Origin: Thermoleophilaceae bacterium
GTDB lineage: Bacteria > Actinomycetota > Thermoleophilia > Solirubrobacterales > Thermoleophilaceae
Assembly: GCA_051001995.1 (NCBI GenBank)
Contig: JBPCMT010000021.1
Span: 1 to 48,033 of the forward strand
DNA length: 48,033 nucleotides
Direction of reading: 5' to 3'
Part shown: positions 21,463 through 30,694 of the stretch, one piece after another
Layout of the letters: every line of letters starts with the position of its first letter
How positions within the stretch are numbered: position 1 is the first letter of the stretch
Program-made: the position numbers and the translations under genes
Notes under the pieces: generated by a model
The model's database searches: none
What the model was told of the DNA's origin: nothing
The model's input: the letters and a program-made list of their open reading frames with translations, nothing else

Positions 21463-22605
21463 GTGCCACAGCGCAGAACCACGCGCGGGTCCGCGCGCAC
21501 GCCGCTCGCGGCGGAGCCCGACGTGCTGATCTGCGGGGCCAGCTTCGCGGGGCTCGCGGTGGCGCGCGAGCTTGCCGGCGCGGGAGCCGACGTGCTCGTG
21601 CTCGACCGCTACGAGATCGGCGAGCGCCAGACCTCGGCGTGCGGCATCCCGACGGGTTGGCTTCGCGCCATGGGGCTCGCCGCCGCCGCGCGGCAGGAGT
21701 TCTCCGAGCTCGTCGTCCACACGCCGCACGGCACCGGCCGTTTCCCGCTGCCCTGGACGTTCTCCACCTTCGACTACTCGCAGCTCTGCGAGCTGCTGGA
21801 GGACCAGAACGACGCCCGCTTCGAGACCGCGAAGGTCCACGGGCGCAGCGGCGCGACGGTCCGGACCGACCGGGGCGACATCAGCGCCCCCGTGGTCGTC
21901 GACGCGCTTGGGTGGCGGCGGATGCTCGCGCCCGAAGGCGGCGACTTCCAGCCGCCCGACGCGCCGCTCTCGCGCGGGCTCGAGGTCCACCCCGGCGGCA
22001 CGGGCGCCGACCTCGAGATCTGGATCGACCGCCGCTACGTCCCGGCCGGCTACGGCTGGAGCTTCCCCGCGCGCGACGAGCTGCGGATCGGCGTCGGCTC
22101 CTTCGACCCCCGCTTCCACGTGAAGGGCACGACCGTCGAGCTCGCCGAGGACCTCGGCGCGGAGGCCGTCCGCTACCAGGGGAACTGGATCCCCCACCGC
22201 CTTCGACCGGCCACCGAGGACGGCGTCTTCTTCTGCGGCGACTCGGCCGGCCACTGCCTCCCGCTCACGGCGGAGGGGATCAGGACCGCCTTCTACTTCG
22301 GGATCGCGCTCGGTCGCGAGCTGCGCGCCGTGGTCTCGGGGAGCCGCTCGCGCGGCGACGCGCTCCATCGCTACCACGCATTCAACGAGGGCCACCGCTG
22401 GAAGTTCGAGGCGATGCTGGCGGTGCAGCGCCTGGTGCCGCGCGTACCACCACGTCTGCTGTGGCCGGCGATCCGAGCCCTGGGGAACCGGCGGGCGACG
22501 CGATGGTCGTTCGGCCACTACCTCGACATCGCCCACCCGGCTTTCGCGGCGCCGACGGCCTCACCGGAAGCAGGAGCCGAGCTCCTCCAGCGGATCGCCG
22601 CGTAG
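21463..22605 (+). CDS. Geranylgeranyl-reductase-family FAD-dependent oxidoreductase
   Basis: N-terminal dinucleotide fold DVLICGASFAGLAVARELAGAGADVLVLD and the conserved FFCGDSAGHCLPLTAEGI. An alternative GTG start at 21523 has a GGAG 6 nt upstream. Confidence 0.8.
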   Translation: MPQRRTTRGSARTPLAAEPDVLICGASFAGLAVARELAGAGADVLVLDRYEIGERQTSACGIPTGWLRAMGLAAAARQEFSELVVHTPHGTGRFPLPWTFSTFDYSQLCELLEDQNDARFETAKVHGRSGATVRTDRGDISAPVVVDALGWRRMLAPEGGDFQPPDAPLSRGLEVHPGGTGADLEIWIDRRYVPAGYGWSFPARDELRIGVGSFDPRFHVKGTTVELAEDLGAEAVRYQGNWIPHRLRPATEDGVFFCGDSAGHCLPLTAEGIRTAFYFGIALGRELRAVVSGSRSRGDALHRYHAFNEGHRWKFEAMLAVQRLVPRVPPRLLWPAIRALGNRRATRWSFGHYLDIAHPAFAAPTASPEAGAELLQRIAA

Positions 22606-22647
22606 CTGGGCACGGGCGCCGCGCGCGAGTGCGCCCGCCGACATGCC

Positions 22648-22791
22648 TCACGGACGCTCGCGACGCAGGTCCTCGATCAGCTCACTGAGGCGCTCGAGCT
22701 TCTGGTCGCGCGTCGCGTCTCCCGTGGAGGGGCTCGCCGGCTCGGGGAAAAGCTCGTCGGGCTCGAGGGAGGCATGGCGGCGACCGAACAT
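22648..22791 (-). CDS. Possible small (47 aa) hypothetical protein
   Basis: MFGRRHASLEPDELF...RDQKLERLSELIEDLRRERP. About 85% GC at third codon positions and a predicted C-terminal helix. The Shine-Dalgarno is weak, and I recognised no homology. Confidence 0.3.
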   Translation of the reverse strand: MFGRRHASLEPDELFPEPASPSTGDATRDQKLERLSELIEDLRRERP

Positions 22792-22860
22792 GCGAAAGAC
22801 CCTTGCCGCGCTTTGCCCGGTCGCGGATCGCCGACAGACGGACGCCACAGGGCAAACCGA

Positions 22861-23931
22861 TCAGCCGGCCCGCAGCCGGGCGAGCAGCTCGTGCGGGAAC
22901 GCCTCGACCCGGTTGCCGTCGCGGCCCTCCATGGCGTCCGCCACGCAGAGCGAGTTCAGGACCGACTCGTGGGTGGCCTCGGCGGCGGCCTCGAAGAGGT
23001 CGGAGAGGGCGCGGCTGTCATCGCGGAGGAAGCGAAAGCCCTCCGTCCGCTCGCTCGCCTCGTGGGCCAGGCGGTGCGCGGTCGAGAAGCCGATCACGTA
23101 GTCGCCGCTGCGGTTGCGCGCGTAGCTGGCAGCGCGGCCTAGTCCGAAGGCGGCCCGCGCGGCCACGCGGCGGAGCTGGCGCTCGGAGAGCGGGGCGTCG
23201 GTCGCGAGCACGACCATCACCGAGCCCGCGTGGTCGCCTCCGCCGGTCCCGGCGTCCGCCGCGGCCTCGGAGCCGACCAGGAGATGCAGGTCACGGGGCC
23301 CGCCATAGTTCGCCACCACCAGGCAGCCGAGCAGGTGCCCGCCGTGCTCGGTCGAGCGCGAGGCGGTTCCCACCCCGGCCTTGAAGCCGAGGCAGTGGCA
23401 GCCGGTGCCCGCCCCAACCGATCCTTCCGCCACCTCGTCCTCGCGCGCCCGGGCGATCGCCTCGAGCGCGTCCTCCGCGCGAACGGGGAGCGCACGGGCG
23501 TCGGAGAGGTAACCGTCGAAGCACTCGCCCACGATCACGTTGACGGTGCCCTCGCGACCGGCCGACGGGTTGCCCTCGAGGACGTGGCGCAGCCCGCCCT
23601 CCCACACCGGGCCGACCGACAGCGTTCCCGTCAGGAGGATCGGCGCCTCGATCGTGCCGAGCTCGGCGAGCTGAGTCAGCCCCGTCGCCTTGCCGTAGCC
23701 GTTGACGACGTGACAGGCGCCGAGCACGTTGTCCGCGTAGAGGTCGTCACCGTGCGGCAGGATCGCGGTCGCCCCGCTGCGGACGGCGGCGGGCACGTCG
23801 GGCGGGTCAGCGACCAGCGTCCGGTGGCCGACCCGTACGCCGGGCACGTCGACCAGGGCGTTGCGCTCGCCGGTCGGGAGGCGTCCGACCGCGTGGCCGA
23901 GGTCGCGCAGCCGGCGGCGGGCGGAGGGCAT
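22861..23931 (-). CDS. Peptidase family S58 / P1 (DmpA-like L-aminopeptidase/D-esterase)
   Basis: 356 aa. N-terminal GERNALVDVPGVRVGH, SGATAILP, VNGYGK and a central GSVGAGTG...GFKAGVGTAS region typical of DmpA/BapA Ntn hydrolases. Confidence 0.85.
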   Translation of the reverse strand: MPSARRRLRDLGHAVGRLPTGERNALVDVPGVRVGHRTLVADPPDVPAAVRSGATAILPHGDDLYADNVLGACHVVNGYGKATGLTQLAELGTIEAPILLTGTLSVGPVWEGGLRHVLEGNPSAGREGTVNVIVGECFDGYLSDARALPVRAEDALEAIARAREDEVAEGSVGAGTGCHCLGFKAGVGTASRSTEHGGHLLGCLVVANYGGPRDLHLLVGSEAAADAGTGGGDHAGSVMVVLATDAPLSERQLRRVAARAAFGLGRAASYARNRSGDYVIGFSTAHRLAHEASERTEGFRFLRDDSRALSDLFEAAAEATHESVLNSLCVADAMEGRDGNRVEAFPHELLARLRAG

Positions 23932-23939
23932 CGCCGCGG

Positions 23940-24383
23940 CTATTCCCGCACCACCAGGTACGTCCCGACCGCCAGCAGCGCGACGCCGGCGATCCGGCCC
24001 GCCGACAGCTCGCGCTGCTCGAGGCCGAGGACGCCCAGGCGGTCGGCGACGACCGCCGTCACGAGCTGGCCGGTGATGGTCGCAGCGGTCACGCCGCCGG
24101 CGCCGAGCGTGGCCACGGTCGCGAGCGCGCTCGTGACGTAGACGGCGCCCAGCACGCCACCGGTGAGGTAGTACCAGGACAAGCTCCCCGCCTGGCCGAG
24201 GTCGCCGAAGCCACCGCCGATCAGCACGGTGATCGCGACCAGCGCCAGTGTCCCGATCGCGAACGAGACGCTGGCTGCCGCGAAGGTGCCCACGCTGCGC
24301 CCGAGCATCGCGTTGATCGGCGCCTGGAGCGCGATCAGCCCACCGGCCACCACCATCAGAAGGATCGCCGGCGGCCTATCCAC
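23940..24383 (-). CDS. DMT-superfamily small membrane transporter (DUF606 / YdcZ-like)
   Basis: 147 aa with about 5 TM segments and AGGLIALQAPINAMLG near the N-terminus. Lies 8 nt upstream of the DmpA-like gene. Confidence 0.75.
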   Translation of the reverse strand: MDRPPAILLMVVAGGLIALQAPINAMLGRSVGTFAAASVSFAIGTLALVAITVLIGGGFGDLGQAGSLSWYYLTGGVLGAVYVTSALATVATLGAGGVTAATITGQLVTAVVADRLGVLGLEQRELSAGRIAGVALLAVGTYLVVRE

Positions 24384-24395
24384 GAACGCGCCGCC

Positions 24396-27062
24396 TCACT
24401 TCGCCTCGAGCCAGTTCGCCCCCACGCCGACGTCGACCGCGAGCGGCGGGTCGAGCTCGAAAGCGCCCGCCATCTCCGTGTCGACGATCTCCGACGCCCG
24501 CTCGACCTCGTCCTCGGGCGCCTCGAACAGCAGCTCGTCGTGGATCTGGAGCACGATCCGGGTCGCGAGCCCGGCCGAGTGGATCGCGCCGCGGCAGCGA
24601 ACCATCGCGACCTTGATGATGTCGGCGGCGGTCCCCTGGATGACGGTGTTCACCGCCAGGCGCTTGCCGAGCTCGCGCTGCTGGTAGGAGCGCTCACGCA
24701 GCTCCGGGATGCTGCGCGAGCGCCCGAACAGCGTCGTCACGTAGCCGTCCGCGGTGGCGCGACCGATCGTCTCGTCGATGAAGCGCCGCACGCTCGGGAA
24801 CCGGCTCAGGTAGCGCTCGATGAACTCCTCCGCCTCCTCGATCGGGATCTGGAGGCGGTCGGAGAGCCCGAACGGCTGCAGCCCGTAGACGATCCCGAAG
24901 TTGACCATCTTCGCGCGCGAGCGGATCCCGGGGTCGATCTCGCCCGGCGGGAGGTCGAAGATCTCCGCCGCGGTGGCGGCGTGCACGTCCTCGCCGCGGC
25001 GAAAGATCTCCTTGAGCACGTCCTCGCCGGCGATGTGGGCGAGCAGGCGCAGCTCGACCTGCGAGTAGTCGGCGGAGATCAGGCGGTGGCCCGGCTCCGC
25101 CACGAAGCAGGCGCGGATCCCGCGACCGATCTCGGTCCGGATCGGCACGTTCTGGAGGTTGGGGTTGGTGCTGGACAGCCGTCCGGTCGTGGTCGCCGTT
25201 TGGTTGAAGGTCGTGTGGAGCCGCTTGGTGTGAGGGTCGACCAGCTCCGGCAGCGCGTCGAGGTAGGTGCTCTTGAGCTTCGTCAACTCGCGCCAGCTCT
25301 CGATCCTCTCGATCACCGGGTGCTCGCCGCGGATCGCCGCCAGCACGCGCGCGTCGGTCGAGAAGCCCGTCTTCCCGCGCCGCTTGCGCGACAGCCCGAG
25401 CTCCTCGAACAGCACCCGCGAGAGCTGCTGCGGCGAGCCGATCGTGAACTCCTCCCCCGCGAGCTCCCAGATCTCGTGCTCGAGCCCCGCGATCCGCTCG
25501 GCGAACGTCTCGCCCGCCTCCGCCAACCGCTCGGTGTCGAGCTTGACCCCTGCGTGCTCCATGTCCACGAGGACGTCCACCAGCGGGAGCTCCACGTCGC
25601 GGAACAGGCGCTCGAGGCCGCGGTCGGCGAGCCGCTCGCGCTGGCGCTCGGCCAGCGCCCGCACGACCAGCGCGCGCTCGGCCAGCTCGCGCAGCTCGGG
25701 CGGCGCGCCGTCCTCGTCCACGCACGCGCCGATGCCCTCCTCGGCCGACAGGTCGGCGAGCGGGTAGCGCCGCCGCGCCGGGTCGAGCAGGTAGGCGGCG
25801 ACCATCGTGTCGTGCTCGAGCGCGAGGGCGGGGCGATCCTCCGAGGGCGAAGACGAGGCCGCGCCCGGCGTCCCGGAGACGACCGACTTCCAGTCGTGCG
25901 CCGTCAGCGGGCGCTCGCCCCAGGCGAGCTCGAGCGCGGCGAGCGTGCCGGCGTCGCCGACCGTCGCCTCTTCGCCACCCGCGTAGGCGGCGAAGCGAAG
26001 CGTCCCCTCGCCACGCTCGGCCGCGAGCGTCGGGTGGTCGCCCTCCAGCCGCGCAAGGTCCGCGACCGGCGACTCCACCGCCCGCGCGCGGAGCTCGACC
26101 GGCGCCTGCTCCGCCGGCGCAGCCCCCTCCTCGCCTAGGGCCTCCTCGAGGCGGCGCAGGGGGTCGCGCAGCTCGCACTCGCGAAAGACGTCGCGAAGGC
26201 GCGAGCGGTCGAGCTCCTCCGCGACGCAGTGCTCGAGGTCGATGTCCACCTCGAGGTCGCGGATCGCCGTGGCGAGCCGCTTCGACACGCGCGCGTCCTC
26301 GGCGTGGTTTCGCAGGTTCTCCTTGCGCTTGGCCCCCGACACCTCGTCCACGCTCGCGAGCACGGTCTCGAGGTCGCCGAAGCGCCCGAGCAGCTCCGCC
26401 GCGGTCTTGTCACCGATCCCGGGGACACCCGGGATGTTGTCCGAGGTGTCGCCCTTCAGGCCGATGAAGTCGGGGATCAGCTCGGGCGCGACGCCGTAGC
26501 GATCGATCACGGCGTCGCGGTCGTAGACGCGGGTGTCGGTGATCCCCCGGTTGGTCGTCATGACGCGCACGCCGGGCTCGACGAGCTGGAGCGCGTCGCG
26601 GTCGCCGGTCACCGCCATCACGTCGATGCCCAGCTCGCGGGCGCGGCGCGCCAGCGTGGCGATCACGTCGTCGGCCTCGTAGCCCGCGACCTTGACGTTG
26701 CGGTACCCGAAGGCGTCGACGAGCGGCGCGAGGTGCGGCCATTGCTCCTTGAGCAGATCAGGCCGCGGCCGGCGCTGTGCCTTGTACTCGTCCGAGACGG
26801 CCTCGCGGCCCGACATCCCCGCATCCCACACGACGAGCGTCGCGCGCGGCCCGTGCTCGGTAAGGATCTTTACGAGCATCGAGGCGAAGCCGAAGATCGC
26901 GTTGGTCGGCATCCCCTTCGAGGTGGCGATCGTCTCCGGCAGCGCGAAGAACGCCCTGTAGGCGAGGCTGTTGCCGTCGATCAGGAAGAGCTTGGGCGGC
27001 CGGTCACCGACGGCCGCGGAGGCGTCCTCAACGAGCGCCGTTGATGAAGGATTGGCGGCCAC
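24396..27062 (-). CDS. polA: DNA polymerase I
   Basis: 5' nuclease LIDGNSLAYRAFFA. Polymerase motif A DYSQVELRLLAHI, motif B RSRAKMVNFGIVYG and motif C QIHDELLFE. GTG start. Confidence 0.95.
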   Translation of the reverse strand: MAANPSSTALVEDASAAVGDRPPKLFLIDGNSLAYRAFFALPETIATSKGMPTNAIFGFASMLVKILTEHGPRATLVVWDAGMSGREAVSDEYKAQRRPRPDLLKEQWPHLAPLVDAFGYRNVKVAGYEADDVIATLARRARELGIDVMAVTGDRDALQLVEPGVRVMTTNRGITDTRVYDRDAVIDRYGVAPELIPDFIGLKGDTSDNIPGVPGIGDKTAAELLGRFGDLETVLASVDEVSGAKRKENLRNHAEDARVSKRLATAIRDLEVDIDLEHCVAEELDRSRLRDVFRECELRDPLRRLEEALGEEGAAPAEQAPVELRARAVESPVADLARLEGDHPTLAAERGEGTLRFAAYAGGEEATVGDAGTLAALELAWGERPLTAHDWKSVVSGTPGAASSSPSEDRPALALEHDTMVAAYLLDPARRRYPLADLSAEEGIGACVDEDGAPPELRELAERALVVRALAERQRERLADRGLERLFRDVELPLVDVLVDMEHAGVKLDTERLAEAGETFAERIAGLEHEIWELAGEEFTIGSPQQLSRVLFEELGLSRKRRGKTGFSTDARVLAAIRGEHPVIERIESWRELTKLKSTYLDALPELVDPHTKRLHTTFNQTATTTGRLSSTNPNLQNVPIRTEIGRGIRACFVAEPGHRLISADYSQVELRLLAHIAGEDVLKEIFRRGEDVHAATAAEIFDLPPGEIDPGIRSRAKMVNFGIVYGLQPFGLSDRLQIPIEEAEEFIERYLSRFPSVRRFIDETIGRATADGYVTTLFGRSRSIPELRERSYQQRELGKRLAVNTVIQGTAADIIKVAMVRCRGAIHSAGLATRIVLQIHDELLFEAPEDEVERASEIVDTEMAGAFELDPPLAVDVGVGANWLEAK

Positions 27063-27178
27063 CGCGCCATCTTAGGCGCGGCCTTGGCGGCCTCGCGCCC
27101 GCCGCCGGCGGTCAAAGGCAGCGGCACAGCCGGCCGCACCAGAGTGGCGGTAGTCCTCCGGACCCTAGGAGTTTGGCG

Positions 27179-28999
27179 TCAATCGACCGGCTCCACAGAG
27201 GAGTACGACAGGTCGGTCAAACCGTGGAACCTGTTGACCACGGCGTTGACGTTCGCCGAGCTGATGTTCGGCTGGTAGTCCCAGGCGTAAGGGACCGCCG
27301 GTGCCTGCTCGGTGACCATCCGGTCCACCTTCCCCCATGCCTTGGCGCGCGCGGCCGAGCCGTTGACCAGCTTGGCCTTCTCCATGGCCCTGTTGATCGC
27401 CGGCACGTCGAGCTGCGGCCAATTCGAGTTGTTCGACGGCTGGATGTTGTTGCCGTTGAAGGTCGGGTCGAGGATCGTCTGAGGGTCGTTGAAGTCCTTG
27501 GGCCAGCCGACATTGGGGCATACCGCCACCTCAACTCGCGGCACGTTGCAGAACCTTGTGTACATCACGTTCTCGTCGAACTGCCGGAAGGCGACCTCGA
27601 ACCCGAGCTGCTGGAACTGGTCGCGCGCCATCTTTGCGACCTTTTGATCCACTCCGGCGTTCTCACCGACCATCAGAATCTTGCCTTTGCCTCTGTACTC
27701 GCCGTTCTCGAAACCCGCCTTGCGCATGTACTCCGCCGCCAGCTCGGGGTCGCCGGACGGTGATTCGAGGAAGTCCAAGTCCGGCCCCTCGAGGCCGCCA
27801 GCCTCCTCGAAGCCGGGGATATCGGGCGGGATGAAATGGGTCGCGAGCGTCCCGGCCAGCTCGCCGCCGCGGGCCAGCCTCAGGGCCTCCCGATCGAAGG
27901 CCGCTACCACTGCCTTGCGCACGTTCGAGTCGTCGAACGGCGGGACCGATGTGTTTAACGCCACGTACCGGTTGCTGCCGCTCGGCGCGAGCTGCAGCTG
28001 GTCCGGAAACTCCGTGGCCACCTCCTTGAGCGTGGCGGGGGCCGGGACGATGTCGCCGTTGACCTGCGAGTCGCCCTCGACGATGCGCGCCGAGGACGTC
28101 GAAACGTCCCTACGGCCCCCGCGCACGAGAACCTCATTCAGGTACGCCGGGCGATAGTCCGTCGACGCGTCCCAGTTCGGGTTGCGAACCATGCGGATCT
28201 CCTTGCCCGGCCGGTACCCCACGAGGTCTCCGGACGCGTCGTTGGCGACCATGTAGGGGCCGGTGAAGACCACGTTCTGCCCGTAGGCCGACGGCGACTC
28301 GGCGTCGAACTTCTTGGCGTACTCCTCGGGCACCGGCGAGCTCAGCGGCAGTGACAGCGCCTGCACGACGGTCGCTGCGACCGGCTCCTCGAGCCTGAAG
28401 ACGATCGTCCTTTTGTCGGGCGTGGTGATGCCCCCGATGTCGGGCGCCACCCCCTCGTCCTTGGCAGCGTCCCTCTGCGCCTGCGCGAACCCCTCGAGCG
28501 CGCCAAAGTACGGCGCGATGTAGGCGTTCGCGACGCCCGGCATCAGGCCGCGTTCGATCGCGTACTCGACGTCGGCCGAGGTCACCTCGCGGTCGACCGG
28601 CGGACTGAAGCGCACGCCGTCGCGGATCTCGATCGTGATTCTTCGGTTGTCCTTGGAGATCTGCGGCTCGCCGGCGGCCAGATCGGGATTCGGGTGCCGG
28701 GCCTCCGTTGGTTCCCACGAGAACAGCGGCCTGTGCATCGGATAGAGGACCATGTAGCTGAACTGGAAGTAAGCGACGCCGGGGTCCAGGTCCACGTCGC
28801 CCGCAGCGATGACTTCCAGCGTCCCGCCCTCTGCGGCGTCGTCCGGAGCGGCAGTGACCGGAGCGAAGTCGCTCTGTGCGACCTCGGTCGAAGCCTCATT
28901 GTCGTCGCAGCTCGCCACCCCGGCGGCCAGAATCACGACGCTCACCAGCGCCAGCCTCCTAAGCGAGCTCTTAATCGGTCCGTCCTCCTTCCTAGACAC
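27179..28999 (-). CDS. ABC transporter substrate-binding lipoprotein, family 5 (peptide/nickel/opine type)
   Basis: About 600 aa of SBP_bac_5-like sequence with the lipobox LAAGVASC. The start is ambiguous: GTG 28999, GTG 29062, or ATT 28975 behind a strong AGGAAGGAGGA. No cognate permease or ATPase genes are adjacent. Confidence 0.85.
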   Translation of the reverse strand: MSRKEDGPIKSSLRRLALVSVVILAAGVASCDDNEASTEVAQSDFAPVTAAPDDAAEGGTLEVIAAGDVDLDPGVAYFQFSYMVLYPMHRPLFSWEPTEARHPNPDLAAGEPQISKDNRRITIEIRDGVRFSPPVDREVTSADVEYAIERGLMPGVANAYIAPYFGALEGFAQAQRDAAKDEGVAPDIGGITTPDKRTIVFRLEEPVAATVVQALSLPLSSPVPEEYAKKFDAESPSAYGQNVVFTGPYMVANDASGDLVGYRPGKEIRMVRNPNWDASTDYRPAYLNEVLVRGGRRDVSTSSARIVEGDSQVNGDIVPAPATLKEVATEFPDQLQLAPSGSNRYVALNTSVPPFDDSNVRKAVVAAFDREALRLARGGELAGTLATHFIPPDIPGFEEAGGLEGPDLDFLESPSGDPELAAEYMRKAGFENGEYRGKGKILMVGENAGVDQKVAKMARDQFQQLGFEVAFRQFDENVMYTRFCNVPRVEVAVCPNVGWPKDFNDPQTILDPTFNGNNIQPSNNSNWPQLDVPAINRAMEKAKLVNGSAARAKAWGKVDRMVTEQAPAVPYAWDYQPNISSANVNAVVNRFHGLTDLSYSSVEPVD

Positions 29000-29115
29000 C
29001 CGCCTTCCATGTTCGCCGACGGGTAGAGCCCATCCTGCAAAGCATCCGACCGGGCAGATCACGAGACCAGCGCTCCTCGGCAGGATATGTACACCAGGAG
29101 CATCTGAGAGGTGGC

Positions 29116-30666
29116 ATGCGCAATCCCGCAGCGAACCTGGGAGAGCCGAGCTGGGGAGGGTCGCTGCGGCTCGCCGCGACCTGCGCGTGGAATGATCAGT
29201 GCGTGCCCACTCCGAGCGCCCAGTTCTCGCTCACGCTGCGCGTCGAGCTGCCGCACAAGGGCGGCGCGCTCAGCCGCGTGACGTCCGCGATCTCGCGCGC
29301 CGGCGGCGTGATCAACGCCGTCGACGCGATCGAGGCAGACGGCGGCGGGTCGGTTCGCGAGATCACCGTGGACTGCACGGATGCCGAGCACCGCGGGCGC
29401 GTGATCTCGGCGGTCCAGGCGATCCGCCAGGCCAACCTCGTCGAGACCACCGACCGGACCTTCGAGCTGCACCGCGGCGGCAAGCTGCACACCGGCCTGA
29501 ACTCGCCGCTGCGGACGCGCGACGACCTCTCGATGGCGTACACGCCGGGCGTCGCGCGCGTGTGCGTCTCGATCGCCGAGAAGCGCGAGAAGGCGTTCAA
29601 GTACACGATCAAGAGCAACACCGTCGCCGTGGTCTCCGACGGCACCGCGGTGCTCGGGCTCGGCGACATCGGGCCCGAGGCGGCGATGCCGGTGATGGAG
29701 GGCAAGGCGATGCTGTTCAAGGAGTTCGCCGGCGTCGACGCGTTCCCGATCTGCCTCGACACGCGCGACCCCGGCGAGATCGTGGACACGGTCAAGCGGA
29801 TCGCCCCCGGCTTCGGCGGGATCAACCTCGAGGACATCTCCTCCCCGCGCTGCTTCGAGATCGAGGAACGGCTCGTCGAGGAGCTCGACATCCCGGTCTT
29901 CCACGACGACCAGCACGGAACCGCGATCGTCGTACTCGCGGCGCTGCTGAACGCCTGCCGTCTGACCGGCCGGCGCCTCGCGGACCTGAGCGTCGTGATG
30001 GCGGGGGCCGGCGCGGCGGGCGTGGCGGTCGTCAAGATCCTCATGAGCTCGGGCGTGACCGACGTCGTCACCTGCGACCGTCTCGGGGCGATCCATACCG
30101 GGCGCCCGGACTACGAGGCAGGCGCGATGAACGTCCCCAAGACCTGGCTCGCGGAGAACACGAACGGCGCGCGCCGCGACGGCGCGCCGGGAGAGCTCCT
30201 CGAGGGCGCCGACCTCCTCATCGGCCTCTCCGGCCCCGGAATCGTGGCGGCGGCCGACCTCGCGCGGATGAACCCCGACCCGTTCGTGTTCGCGATGGCG
30301 AACCCCAACCCCGAGGTGCGGCCCGAGGACGCCGAGCCCCATGTCCGGGTGATGGCCACCGGCCGCTCCGACTTCCCCAACCAGATCAACAACGTGCTCG
30401 CGTTCCCCGGGATCTTCCGCGGCGCCCTGGACGCCCGAGCCCGGAGGATCACCGAGGAGATGAAGCTGGCGGCGGCGAACGGCATCGCCAGCGTCGTCTC
30501 AGACGACGAGCTGTCCGAGGACTACATCGTCCCGAGCGTGTTCAACCGCGGCGTGAGCCAGGCGGTGGCGGCGGCCGTAGCAGAGGAAGCGGAGCGCCAG
30601 GGCGTCGCGCGCGACTCGCGGCACGTGACCGCCGAGCACCGCGTGCCGCCGGCACCGCAACGCTGA
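29116..30666 (+). CDS. NAD(P)-dependent malic enzyme with an N-terminal ACT domain
   Basis: ACT-like FSLTLRVELPHKGGALSRVTSAISRAGG, then LSMAYTPGVARV, VVSDGTAVLGLGDIG, NLEDISSPRCFEIE and GAGAAGVA. The alternative start GTG 29203 is favoured by codon bias. Confidence 0.85.
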   Translation: MRNPAANLGEPSWGGSLRLAATCAWNDQCVPTPSAQFSLTLRVELPHKGGALSRVTSAISRAGGVINAVDAIEADGGGSVREITVDCTDAEHRGRVISAVQAIRQANLVETTDRTFELHRGGKLHTGLNSPLRTRDDLSMAYTPGVARVCVSIAEKREKAFKYTIKSNTVAVVSDGTAVLGLGDIGPEAAMPVMEGKAMLFKEFAGVDAFPICLDTRDPGEIVDTVKRIAPGFGGINLEDISSPRCFEIEERLVEELDIPVFHDDQHGTAIVVLAALLNACRLTGRRLADLSVVMAGAGAAGVAVVKILMSSGVTDVVTCDRLGAIHTGRPDYEAGAMNVPKTWLAENTNGARRDGAPGELLEGADLLIGLSGPGIVAAADLARMNPDPFVFAMANPNPEVRPEDAEPHVRVMATGRSDFPNQINNVLAFPGIFRGALDARARRITEEMKLAAANGIASVVSDDELSEDYIVPSVFNRGVSQAVAAAVAEEAERQGVARDSRHVTAEHRVPPAPQR

Positions 30667-30694
30667 TCCGACCCGACCCCGAGAGGACGAAATC

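Noticed and set aside
24540-26138. 532-aa + strand ORF, and the 494-aa off-frame ORF at 24694..26178
   Set aside because: Both overlap polA, which has complete polymerase motifs A/B/C. Both products are Arg/Ala/Gly-rich junk.
27062-27081. A 7-bp stem (CCGCGCC/GGCGCGG) overlapping the polA GTG start
   Set aside because: The helix is short and GC-rich, of a kind abundant by chance in this genome, and there is no supporting conservation evidence.
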